The translations under genes and the position numbers were made by a program. DNA of 64,000 bases from an uncultured Thermoleophilia bacterium (GTDB lineage: Bacteria; Actinomycetota; Thermoleophilia; UBA2241), in assembly GCA_963741075.1 (NCBI GenBank), contig CAVUGS010000003.1:101054-165053 (forward strand), given 5' to 3'. Below, piece by piece: positions 23,717 to 39,239 of the stretch. The first letter of the stretch is position 1; each line of letters opens with the position of its first letter. Below the pieces are notes generated by a model, which made no database searches, was not told the DNA's origin, and was given only the letters and a program-made list of their open reading frames with translations.

Positions 23717-24562
23717 TCGCCTGGCTCACCGACCCGTTCACGCTCCAGTTCATGCAGCGCGCCCTGCATCGCCTCGGTCATCGTCGGCGTGCTCTGCTCG
23801 GTGATGGGCACGTTCGTCGTGCTGCGCGCGATGGCCTTTCTGGGGGACGCCCTGGCGCACGCCATCCTCCCCGGCGTGGCCATCGCCTACCTGCTGGGCG
23901 CGAACCTGCTCCTCGGGGCGCTCGTCGCCGCCGTGCTCGTCGCCGTCGGCATCGGCGCGTTCTCGCGCCGCGGCGGGCTCAAGGAGGACACCGCCATCGG
24001 CATCCTCTTCGCCGCGGCGCTCGCCCTCGGCGTCCTGCTGATGAGCACCGTGCGCTCCTACGCGACCGACCTCACGCACATCCTCTTCGGCAACGTCCTC
24101 GGCGTCAGCGCCGGCGACCTGTGGCTCACCGGGACCCTCGCCGTCGTCGTCCTCGCGGCGCTCCTCCTCTTCTTCAAGGAGTTCCAGCTGGCCGCGTTCG
24201 ACCCGGTGCTCGCGCACATGCTGGGCAAGCGCCCGGAGACCCTGCGCTTCGCCATGCTGATCCTGCTGGCGCTCACCATCGTGGTGGGACTGCAGACCGT
24301 GGGCGTGGGGCTCGTCGCCGCCATGCTGGTCACGCCGGCGGCCACCGCCTACCTGCTCACGCGGCGGCTGGCGGCGATGATGGCCGTCTCCGCCGTCGTC
24401 GGCGCCGCCTCCAGCGTCGCCGGACTGTACGCGAGCTACTACCTGGACGTGGCGTCGGGGGCGGCGGTCGTGCTCATCGCCACCGCCGCCTTCCTCCTCG
24501 CCTACCTCTTCGCGCCGCGGCGCGGGCTGGTCGCCCGCCGCGCCGCGCGGCGCGCCGTCTGA
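23713..24562 (+). CDS. znuB: metal ABC transporter permease (ABC-3 family); one frame break near 23770
   Basis: ATG 23713 sits in an ATGA overlap with znu[19 protein letters not shown] is followed by a multi-TM body ([19 protein letters not shown]...). Confidence 0.8.
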
Positions 24563-24666
24563 CCGGCCCCGGCGCGCGCCGGCCGCGCCGCCTCCCCGAC
24601 TTTCGTTTGGCGTACACGCCCGCTGTGCAATAGTCCCAGCAGGAAACCACTCCAGGAGGGCCCACC

Positions 24667-25135
24667 ATGCCGACCACGCTCGTCCTTGGCTACGACGGAT
24701 CAGACTGCGCCAAGAAGGCGCTCGCGCACACCGCCGAGTTGGCGAAGCACCTGGACGACGGCGAAGTGTTCGTCGTCAGCGCTTTCGAGTTCACGATCGG
24801 GTACGTCCCGACGGGCATGACCGACTCGCCGCTCATGATCAGCGCCGAGTACGACCAGCACGTGGAACTGGTGCGTTCGCTACGGACAGCAGCAGATCGC
24901 CGAGGCCGTGCAGCAGCTCGAGGCGGCGGGCGTGCGCGCCAGCGGCGAGGTCATCGAGGGCAAGGCCGTCGACGTGCTCCTGGAGCAGGCGCGCGAGAAG
25001 AAGGCCGCGGCCATCGTCGTCGGCAGCCACGGCGAGGGCGCCATGTCGGCCGCGTTCCTGGGCTCGACCGCCCTGAAGCTGCTGCACCACAGCGAGATCC
25101 CCGTGCTCGTGGTGCCGCGGCACGACAAGAAGTGA
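24667..25135 (+). CDS. universal stress protein (UspA family); one frame break near 24880
   Basis: ATG 24667 is preceded by AGGAGGG. The N-terminus is MPTTLVLGYDGSDCAKKAL. The C-terminus AAAIVVGSHGEGAMSAAFLGSTALKLLHHSEIPVLVVP is the Usp ATP-binding signature. Confidence 0.75.
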
Positions 25136-25154
25136 GTCCCCAAGGGGAGGTGCC

Positions 25155-25532
25155 ATGAGTCCCTGGGACAAGCCGAACGAGAAGCTGGTGAAGCTCCTCG
25201 ACGAGACGGTGGCGGACCTCGAGTTCGACAAGCCCGTCGACTACCGGCCCATGTTCGGCTGCCCGGCGTACTTCACCGGGGGCAACCTGTTCGCCGGGGT
25301 GTGGCAGGAGACGATGATGCTGCGCCTCTCGGAGGACGACCGGGCGGAGGTCGCGGCCGCCGGCGGCGTGCCCTTCGAGCCCATGCCCGGCCGGACCATG
25401 AAGGAGTACGTGGCCCTGCCGCCGGCCATGATGGCCGAACCGGGCGTGGCCGCGATCTGGGTAGGCAAGGCGGCGGCGTACGCCGCGTCCCTGCCGCCCA
25501 AAGAGAAGAAGCCGCGCAAGAAGAAGGCCTAG
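25155..25532 (+). CDS. TfoX N-terminal domain-like protein
   Basis: Intact, with RBS AAGGGGAGG. The YRPMFGCPAYFTGGNLFAGVWQETMMLRL pattern is TfoX_N-like, and the tail is Lys-rich. Confidence 0.55.
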   Translation: MSPWDKPNEKLVKLLDETVADLEFDKPVDYRPMFGCPAYFTGGNLFAGVWQETMMLRLSEDDRAEVAAAGGVPFEPMPGRTMKEYVALPPAMMAEPGVAAIWVGKAAAYAASLPPKEKKPRKKKA

Positions 25533-25572
25533 ACGCGGCCGGCTGGCCGCGCCCAGGCCTTGCGACCGCGGC

Positions 25573-26499
25573 TCAGCGCCGCTGCTGCTGCGGCTGCCCC
25601 GGCGTCGGGTTGGGCTGCGCCGGCTTCACCGGCACCGGCGCGATGCCGGCCAGGTCGCCGATCACGTTGACCAGGTTGCCGTCCGACGGGACCACGATCT
25701 TGGCGTTCTGCCAGAACGCCTTCTCCACGGTCTCGAGCTTGCGCAGCACCTGGGCGTTGCCGACGAAGTACTTCTCGGCCGCCTCGTTGACCAGCTGGAT
25801 GGCCTGCGCCTCGCCCTCGGCGGCGAGGATCTTGGCCTGCTTGATGCCCTCGGCCTTCTTGATCTCGGCGCGCCGCTGGCCGTCGGCCTGCGTCTCGGTG
25901 GCGGTGGCGTAGTCGACGGCGGCGATCTTCTCGTTCTCGGCCTTGACGACCTTGTTCATGGTCTCCTGCACGTCCGCCGGCGGGTCGATCTCCTTGAGCT
26001 CGGTGCGCAGGATCTCGAGGCCCCAGTTGGCGGTCTCGGTGCGCAGCGTCGTGCGCAGCTCCTCGTTGATGCGGCCGCGCTCGCTGTTGGCCGACTTGAG
26101 GCTCAGGGTGCCGATGATGTTGCGCAGCGTCGTGCGCGCCAGCTGGACGATCTGGATCTGGTAGTTGGTGACGTTGTACTGCGACGCCTTGACGCTCTCC
26201 TCGTCGGGCTTGACCTTGAGGTAGACCTGCGCGTCGACGCGGGCGTTGAGGTTGTCGTTGGTGATGATGGTCTGCGGCGTGGCATCGACGAGGGTCTCGC
26301 GGATGTCCACCTGGTACATGCGCTCGATGCCGAACGGGATGGTGAGGTGGATGCCCGGGCCCGCGAAGCGGTTGTACTTGCCCAGCCGCTCGATGAGCGC
26401 GCGGTGCGTGGGACGCACGATGCGGATGCCGGAGAGGATCCCCACGATGATGACGACCAGGACGACGCCGAGAACGATGAGCGCTACCCAACCACCCAT
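25573..26499 (-). CDS. SPFH/band-7 (stomatin-prohibitin) family membrane protein
   Basis: Intact. I chose the internal ATG 26499 (RBS GAAAGGGG). An N-terminal TM helix (WVALIVLGVVLVVIIVGIL) is followed by IVRPTHRALIERLGKY..., a coiled-coil Ala/Glu region and a Pro/Gln tail. Confidence 0.85.
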   Translation of the reverse strand: MGGWVALIVLGVVLVVIIVGILSGIRIVRPTHRALIERLGKYNRFAGPGIHLTIPFGIERMYQVDIRETLVDATPQTIITNDNLNARVDAQVYLKVKPDEESVKASQYNVTNYQIQIVQLARTTLRNIIGTLSLKSANSERGRINEELRTTLRTETANWGLEILRTELKEIDPPADVQETMNKVVKAENEKIAAVDYATATETQADGQRRAEIKKAEGIKQAKILAAEGEAQAIQLVNEAAEKYFVGNAQVLRKLETVEKAFWQNAKIVVPSDGNLVNVIGDLAGIAPVPVKPAQPNPTPGQPQQQRR

Positions 26500-26725
26500 G
26501 CTGACCCCTTTCCGTGCGCTGCGGGGGGCGGCCGGCGGCCGCGTCCGCGTCACGATGAAGTTCACAGGCTTGATGATAGGACCTGGGGGCGGAAAGACAA
26601 GGAGGCGACGCCCTCATCGCCGCTCGCAGATGGTGACATTCCACGTGATCCCAGACGCCTCCTCAGGCGGAGTGTTCCCTCGCGGGGCGTGGGACACGCG
26701 CCCAGTCGGCGTTCGGTGGCCTGCG

Positions 26726-27510
26726 TCAGAGCCCGAGCAGCTCCGGCAGGTCGAGGATGGAGCCGACCACGTGGTCGGGGGCGCCCGAGGCACGGGCCAG
26801 CTGGTCCTCGCGGAACTTGCCCGTGCGCACGAGCACGCCGGTGATGCCGAGGGCCTGGGCGGCGAGGACGTCGTTCTCCACGTCGTCGCCGACCATGGCC
26901 ACGCGCTCGGCCGGCAGGCCGAGCGCGTCGAGGCCGGCGCGGAAGGCGGAGGCCGCCGGCTTGCCGAGGACGACGGCCTCGAGCCCCGTGGCGGCCTCGA
27001 GGCCGAGCAGGTAGGCCCCGGCGTCCAGCTTCTCGCCGCGCCGGGTCATCCAGAACAGGTTGCGGTGCATGGCCACGAGCTCGGCGCCGCCGCGCAGCGC
27101 CGCCAGCACGCGGTTGAACGTCTCGAAGCAGAACGACTCGTCGGCGCCGGAGACCAGCACCACCTCCGGCGCCTCGTCCAGCCCGACCAGCTCGACGCCC
27201 GCGAGGTCCTCGGCCTGGGCGTCGCCGAGCAGGAAGACCCGGGCGCCCGGGCGCTGCTCGCGCAGCCAGCGCGCCGGCCAGCACCGACGCCGTCAGGATG
27301 TCCTCGTCGGCGAACGGGAACCCGGCCTCACGGAGCACCTCGCCGAACCGCGGCTGCGGCAGCGCCGTGGTGTTGGTGAGCACGCGCAGGGGCACGCCGG
27401 CGGCGTGCAGGCGCGTCGACCGCCGCCGCCGCTCCGTCCAGCGGCGTCCACGAGACGCCGAGCACGCCGTCCATGTCGAGCAGCAGGCCGTCGATGTGGT
27501 CCAGGGGCAT
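26726..27510 (-). CDS. HAD-IIA family hydrolase (NagD-like); two frame breaks
   Basis: MPLDHIDGLLLDMDGVL (DxDG), then LHAAGVPLRVLTNTT, then GKPAASAFRAGLDALGLPAERVAMVGDDVENDVLAAQALGITGVLVRTGKF. Frame breaks are near 27420 and 27170. Confidence 0.7.
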
Positions 27511-27759
27511 GGAGCGAGCCTAGCACGGCGAGGCGGCGGGGGTGTCCCGCGCTCCCACCGCCTCCGCGACGTCCCCAAGCCGGTCCGTCGTGACCGGCCA
27601 CGTGCTCAGCTCACGGGGCCGCGGCGACGAACCCGGTCTGCACGGGCTCCATCTCGCCCTTCGGCGTCTTGACCGGCTTGCGCTGCCACAAGCCGATGGC
27701 GGCTGTGCACGGGGTTGTCGGAGACGCCAGGACTCAGGGCGTCAGGAAGATGAGCAGAG

Positions 27760-27849
27760 TGGTGCCGGAGCCGGGAGTCGAACCCGGACGCCGCAAGCAG
27801 CGACAGGCGATTTTAAGTCCCCGGCGTCTACCAGTTCCGCCACTCCGGC
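27760..27849 (-). tRNA. tRNA-Leu (anticodon UAA), CCA encoded
   Basis: I folded it by hand. Acceptor stem GCCGGAG/CTCCGGC, D arm GCG-GAACTGGTAGA-CGC, anticodon loop CTTAAAA, long variable arm, T arm CCGGG-TTCGACT-CCCGG, discriminator A plus CCA. There is one G-G mismatch in the anticodon stem. A TATACT -10 lies 8 nt upstream (27858-27863). Confidence 0.9.
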
Positions 27850-28022
27850 ACGCGTGCAGTATATGCCGGGGCGAGGCGGTTCAGGCGCGCGAAGCGGGCG
27901 CGACGCGGAGGCGAAGCGGAGGCGCGTGCACGCGAGGGCGCAGGCCGTCGCGGCGAGCGCGCGACCGGTGGCGGAGATGCCGCGGGCGGCAGCGCCGCGG
28001 GAGGTCAGCGCCGGGCGGTGGG

Positions 28023-28124
28023 TCAGGCGGCCGGACCGAACGCGCCGGTGATGAAGAGCCAGGCGGCGATGGTGAAGAGCGGGACCGTGATGGCGTAGCG
28101 GAGCGCCAGGCGGCGAAGCAGCAC
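28023..28124 (-). CDS. possible 33-aa hydrophobic peptide
   Basis: GTG 28124 lies 6 nt after GGGAGG. The product VLLRRLALRYAITVPLFTIAAWLFITGAFGPAA is a single TM-like helix. It has no other support. Confidence 0.2.
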   Translation of the reverse strand: MLLRRLALRYAITVPLFTIAAWLFITGAFGPAA

Positions 28125-28266
28125 GTGGGACCTCCCATGGCAGACGACGTGCTCTCGCAGCAAGCTACAGGTCGGGGATAGGGCCGGTCAACCCGACGAA
28201 ATTCGGGGCGCCATGGGGCCAGACGGCACGGCTTGGCGGCCGAGCCGGAAGGTCGAGTCGGCCCGG

Positions 28267-29248
28267 TCAGCGCGGCGCGAGCGAGCCGTCGGCGAGCGCG
28301 AGCGCCGCGCCCTCGAGCAGGTCGGCCTCGCTGACGCGCACGGCGTCGAGGCCGAACGCGCGCGCAGGCCTCGCGCGCGATCAGGGCGCCGGCGAGGATG
28401 ACGTCCTCGCGGCCGGGCTGGATGCCCGGCAGCCGGCCGCGCTCGGCGCTGGTGAGCGCGGCGAAGCGGGCGACGGCCGCGTCGATCTCGGCGAGCGTGA
28501 GCACGTGGCCCTGGACGAGCCGGCCGTCGTACTCGGTCATGCCGAGCTTGTTGGCGACGAGCGTGGTGTACGTGCCGGCGACGCCCACCGCGCCGCGCAC
28601 CGCGGCGCGGAGCTCCGCCGGCACGGCCGCCCGGATGGCGGCGGCCACGTGGCCCGCGAGGGCCGCGACCTCCGCCGCCGGCGGCGGGTCGGCGTGGAAG
28701 AACCGCTCGGTGAGCCGGACCACGCCGACGTCGAGGCTGCGCACGAACGCCGGCGGCTCGCCGGCGGACCCCACGGCGAACTCGGTGCTGCCGCCGCCGA
28801 TGTCGACGAGCAGCAGCGGGCCGGGCGGCGCCGTCCGCGCCGCGCCGGCCGCCGGCGGCCGGCCCCGTCGCTCCGCGGCCAGCCACGAGGTCCCGCCGCG
28901 AAACGCGAGCGACCCCTCCTCCTCCCCGCTGAGGATCCGCCACGGCAGGCCGAACTCGTACCGCATCGCCTTGAGGAACTGCTTGCCGTCCCTGGCGTCG
29001 CGCAGCACGCTGGTGGCGATCAGCAGGCTTCGCTCGGGGCCGTAGTCCGCGACGCGCGGCGCGTAGCCCTCGAGGCAGGCGTGGGTCCTCGCCACGGCGT
29101 CCTCGTGCAGCCGGCCGGTCTTGTCCACGCCCTGGCCCAGCCGCACGACCGTGGTCACGCGCGCGTCCTGCGCCACGCGGCCGGCGGTCACGTCGGCCAG
29201 GAACAGCCGGCAGGTGTTGGTGCCGAGGTCGACGATCGCGACCTTCAC
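28267..29248 (-). CDS. ppx: exopolyphosphatase / guanosine pentaphosphate phosphohydrolase (Ppx/GppA family); one frame break near 28370
   Basis: The start is GTG 29248. VKVAIVDLGTNTCRL, LLVDIGGGSTEF and GVAGTYTTL are ASKHA-fold phosphate motifs. The tail FGLDAVRVSEADLLEGAALALADGSLAPR* was read by hand. Confidence 0.8.
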
Positions 29249-29786
29249 GCCGGGGCTCTCCCCGGCGTCCGGCGAGCAGGCGCGGCGCAGCGGCGGTCGT
29301 CGCACCAGGGGTCCGTGACCTGCGCGAGGATCGCCTCGCCGAGCGCGTAGCCCGGGTCGCGCGAGCGCGTGCGCGACGTGCGCGTGCAGGCACTTGACGG
29401 CGAGCAGGTCGCTCACGCCGCCGACGCCGGTGGCGAGCGACGCGCCGCCGTCGACCATGGTGAGCTCGTGGTCGCGCACCAGGTCGGTGCGGCGCACGGC
29501 GGAGTCGGCGGCGGCGTCCGCCGCCGAGCGCGCCAGCTCAGGCTCGGCGGCCACCCGCCGCGTCCACGCGCGCCACGCCGCCGTCGCTCTCCAGGCGGGA
29601 GACGGCGGCGACCAGCGTCGGGCAGGTGCAGTAGTACAGCGTCGGGAACGGCCGGCCGGCCTCGTCGTAGGGCAGGTCCTCGACGACGGCCGGGAAGCCG
29701 AAGGGACAGCGCGCGGCGACGGCGCTCATCGCGTGGGGCGCGCGGCCGAGCTGGCCGGCGACCACGGCGGCGTCCGCGCCGGCCAC
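29245..29786 (-). CDS. DUF501 domain protein; two frame breaks
   Basis: QLGRAPHAMSAVAARCPFGFPAVVEDLP..PFPTLYYCTCPTL, then GVGGVSDLLAVKCLHAHVAHALA, then the tail ..ILAQVTDPWCDD. The stop is in a GTGA overlap with the ppx start. The position between ftsB and ppx matches the conserved actinobacterial order. Confidence 0.7.
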
Positions 29787-29840
29787 CAGAGGAGGCTCTC
29801 GCTCACGGCGCCTCGCCGCGACGGCGCGGTCACGGCCGCC

Positions 29841-30227
29841 TCAGTGGAGCAGCGTGCGCCACAGGTCCTCGACGCGGTCGAGGACCGAGATGGAGGCCTC
29901 GACCGGCGGCGTGTCCGTGCTGAAGCTGTTCTCCTGCTCCTTGCCCGGCAGCCCCTTGATCACGAAGACCTGGGTGTCCGGCGGCACGAGCATCGAGTCG
30001 GAGCGGGCGCGCTGGGCGATGTACGCCTTGGTGGTGAGCAGGTCGACCTCGCGCTCGAGGGCGGCGTTGTCCTGGCGCGCCGCCTGGAGCTCGGCCGCGG
30101 CCTTCTCGTAGCGGTCCTGCTGCGCGAAGAAGTCACGCAGCGGCGAGACGTAGAAGGAGGCGCCGATCAGGAGCAGCACGAGGATCGCCAGGCGCCCGAG
30201 GTGCGGGCGCGGCGCGTGGCGGCTCAC
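29841..30227 (-). CDS. ftsB: septum formation initiator (FtsB/DivIC family)
   Basis: Intact. It has an N-terminal TM helix (LAILVLLLIGASFYV) followed by a coiled coil (QQDRYEKAAAELQAARQDNAALEREVDLL). Confidence 0.8.
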   Translation of the reverse strand: MSRHAPRPHLGRLAILVLLLIGASFYVSPLRDFFAQQDRYEKAAAELQAARQDNAALEREVDLLTTKAYIAQRARSDSMLVPPDTQVFVIKGLPGKEQENSFSTDTPPVEASISVLDRVEDLWRTLLH

Positions 30228-30365
30228 GCCCGAGGGCGCGCGCCGTCACTGCCCCGTCCCGGAGGCTCGTAGTCGCTGAGGTCGCCTGGGCCAAGCTGTG
30301 CCGCTCCCGGCTCGCCATGTGCCGCCCAGACTGCGCAGGGCGGCCCCTTCTCGCCTTAACGGTTC

Positions 30366-30400
30366 GCGGCCGCCGGCAGGTGTCCCTGCCCGGCGGCCGC
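30366..30400 (-). terminator. GC-rich hairpin downstream of the zinc-ribbon/TPR gene
   Basis: GCGGCCGCCGGCAGG-TGTCC-CTGCCCGGCGGCCGC forms a 15-bp stem with one bulge, 25 nt past the stop at 30425. There is no U-tract. Confidence 0.4.
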
Positions 30401-30424
30401 TGAACCCGCGAGAAGCCGGCGCTG

Positions 30425-33110
<2,686 letters not shown>

Positions 33111-33131
33111 TCAGGCGAAAGGGGGACGGTC

Positions 33132-33275
33132 ATGGATACCCCGTACTACAGCTGCGAGGACTGCGGCGCGAAGTTCGCGAAGACGGAACTCCTGCCCGAC
33201 GTGGAGGACGACCTGGTCTCGTGCCCCGAGTGTGGCGGACTCGACATCCAGCTCGTGGAGGAGCCGGCGGCCTGA
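33132..33275 (+). CDS. small zinc-ribbon protein, FmdB-like (47 aa)
   Basis: Not in the track. ATG 33132 is preceded by AAAGGGGGA. The product is MDTPYYSCEDCGAKFAKTELLPDVEDDLVSCPECGGLDIQLVEEPAA. Its CxxC-N19-CxxC layout follows the FmdB/CxxC_CxxC_SSSS pattern (xYxCxxCGxxF...CPxCGG). Confidence 0.5.
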   Translation: MDTPYYSCEDCGAKFAKTELLPDVEDDLVSCPECGGLDIQLVEEPAA

Positions 33276-33287
33276 GCCGCCGGCGGG

Positions 33288-34583
33288 TCAGGCGCCGGCG
33301 TCCGCGGGCGGCTCGCCGCCCGGACCCGGCGCCGCCTCCCCGGCTGCCTCGCCGGACACCCTCGCCTGCCTCGTCCGACGGCGCTTCACCGGCCTTGGCG
33401 CGCTGGTAGTACGCCTCCTGCGCGGCCAGGTCGAGCGCCGACCAGTCGGCGCCCTCGGCGGCGGCCAGCTCCGCCGCCCCCGTCACGCGGCGCTCGAAGC
33501 GGTTGCCGGCCGCGCGCAGCGCCAGCTCGGGGTCCACGTGCAGCAGACGCGCCACGTTCACGGTGGCGAAGAGCAGGTCGCCGACCTCGTGCGCCACGCG
33601 CGGGTCGGCGCGATGCGGGTCGGCGCGGTGCGGGTCGGCGCAGCTCGAGCCGGCGACGGCCTCGGCCGCCGCGGCCGCCTCGGCCACCGCCGCCTCGGCG
33701 AACAGCTCCGCCAGCTCGGCGTGCTCCTCGGCGATCTTGGGGAACGCCTCGGCGGCGGAGTCCCAGTCGAAGCCGACGCTGGCGGCGCGCTGCTGCAGCT
33801 TCTTGGCGTACAGCAGCGCCGGGAACCCGGCCGGCACGTCGTGGAAGATGCCCTGCCGGCCCTCCTGCTCCACCTTGATGCGCTCCCAGCGGCTCTTGAC
33901 CTCGGCCGGCGTGTCGGCGACGGCGTCGGCGAAGATGTGCGGGTGCCGGCGGATGAGCTTGACCTCGATGTCGCGGGCCACGCTGGCGAGGTCGCCGGCC
34001 CCCTGCTCGTCCAGCATGAGGGCGAGCAGCACGACCTGCAGCAGCAGGTCGCCGAGCTCGCCGTGCTCGGCGTGCAGGTCGCCGGCGGCGATGGCGTCGG
34101 CCAGCTCGTGGACCTCCTCGACGGTGTAGCCGACGATGTCCTGCGGCGTCTGCTCGCGGTCCCAGGGGCACTCCACGCGCAGCACGTCGACGATGCGCTT
34201 GAGCGAGACGAGCTCCTGGCCGAGCAGGGCGTCCTCGAACGCCTGGCCGGCCGGGACGGTGTGCGAGGTCGACGAGCGCGTGACCGGCGGCGGCACGCCG
34301 CCGCAGCTCGCGCGCCAGCTGCGGCCCGCCGGGGCCGGCGAGCGCGACGAGGACGTCTGCCGGCGGCGGCGCGGCCGACGAGATCGTCGAGCCCCTCGCC
34401 GTCGGCCGGGTCGAGCTCCAGCAGCCGGCCGAAGCCGGGGTCGGCGGCCTCGGCGACGAGCTCGCTGAGCTCGCCCTCGAGGCCCGACGGCACGAAAACG
34501 GCGCCGCCGCCGGAGAGGGCCCGCAGCGAGGCTGCGGGCGCCAGTCCGGCGGCGGCGCCGATGTAGACGAGCGTGAGGCTCAT
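33288..34583 (-). CDS. mazG: nucleoside triphosphate pyrophosphohydrolase MazG with N-terminal extension; about three frame breaks
   Basis: The gene starts at ATG 34583 (MSLTLVYIGAAAG..). The MazG core is LKRIVDVLRVECPWDREQTPQDIVGYTVEEVHELADAI..EHGELGDLLLQVV and the second half is EVGDLLFATVNVARLLHVDPELALR. Frame breaks are near 34350, 34290 and 33350. I place the stop at 33288-33290 (tail ..GEAAPGPGGEPPADAGA*) and reject the Arg-rich read-through to 33130. Confidence 0.75.
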
Positions 34584-35678
34584 CGCCGCGGCGGGCCGCC
34601 CTTGATGCCGGTCCTTACGGAGCCGGTGAGGCCGGAGCCGAGGCGGCGCCGAGGCGGCGCCCGAGGCGGCGGGGCTCGGCGACGCGGTGAGCAGCGCCGG
34701 ATTGAAGCCCGGCGGCGTACAGCGACGCCGGCGGCCTTCATGGCCTGCTTGAGCCAGTCCTCCCAGGCGGTGGCCTGCTTCTGGTACTTGAGCTGCTGCT
34801 CGATCGTCGGCCTTGGCCTGCTCGAAGGTCTGCTTGTTGCCCGGGGTCTTCTTGGTGACCTCGATGACGTGGTAGCCGAACTGCGTCTTGACCGGCTGCG
34901 AGATCTCGTCGACCTTGAGCGCGAAGGCCACGTCCTCGAAGGGCTTGACCATGCGGCCCTTGGGGAAGTTGCCGAGGCTGCCGCCGTTGTCCTTGGAGCC
35001 CGGGTCGGTGGAGTACTGCGCCGCGACCTTCTTCCAGTTGGCGTCGGTGTTGTCGGCCTCGAGCAGGGCGCGGACCTTCTCGGCCTCGGCCTTGGTCTTG
35101 ACGAGGACGTGCCGCGCGTCGACGCTCTCGGGCACGTCGAACTGCGACTTGTTGGCCGGGTTCTCGAAGTACTTCTTGAGGTCGGCCTCGCTGACCTTGA
35201 TGTCCGCGTAGACCTTCTGCTGCACGGCGTCCTGCAGCATCTGGGACTTGAGCTGTTCCTCGAGCTGCGCCTGCGTGACCGACTGCTGCTTGAGCAGCTT
35301 GTCGAGCTTCTTCTGGCCGCCCACCTGCTGGACGATCTGCTTCATGCGCGCCTGGAACTGCTTGTCGGTCACCGTGACCTTCATCTCGGCGGCCTTGTCC
35401 TTGATGATCTGGTTCTGGACCAGGTAGTTGACGATGCTGGCCCTGAGCTGGTTGTACGGCGCCGTGCCCTTCGCCGGGAACGGCGGAGCGCTGTCCTGCG
35501 ACTTGTACTGTGCCTCAGCCTGCGCCCAGATCTGGTCGAACTGCTCCTGCGTGACCGACCCCACTGCCAACGGCGGCGATTGCGCCGGCGGGGACCTTCT
35601 TCTCGTCCGCTCCACAGGCGGTCAGCAGCAGCACCGGCACCACGAGGGCGAGAAGGGCCACACCAACGATGATCTTCT

Positions 35679-35682
<4 letters not shown>
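34580..35682 (-). CDS. PpiC-type peptidyl-prolyl isomerase lipoprotein (PrsA/SurA-like); about five frame breaks, 3' end uncertain
   Basis: ATG 35682 is in an ATGA overlap with the mfd stop. The lipobox is VLLLTAC. A SurA-N-like region follows, then the parvulin domain (ARHVLVKTKAEAEKV..DNGGSLGNFPKGRMVKPFEDVAFAL..QFGYHVIEV). Frame breaks are near 35560, 34800, 34710, 34700 and 34650. The stop is either 34580 (ATGA overlap with mazG) or 34615. Confidence 0.7.
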
Positions 35683-39067
<3,385 letters not shown>

Positions 39068-39239
39068 GCCTGACCTCCTCGGGGGCGGCGCCTCAGGCTC
39101 CGCCGCAGCGCGTCCCGGCCGGAGGCCGGGCACGCCGAACGCCCCGCGCGCCTACGGCGGCGGGGCCTCGTCACATTGTATCCGACCGCGCCCGCGGCAG
39201 AACCGGCACCGTCGGCGGGCCCTTCCGGGCCGGGCGCAG

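Noticed and set aside
27600-27760. A possible small minus-strand ORF (..LWQRKPVKTPKGEMEPVQTGFVAAAP*) between the HAD gene and tRNA-Leu.
   Set aside because: It has no canonical start with an RBS, and I recognise no family.
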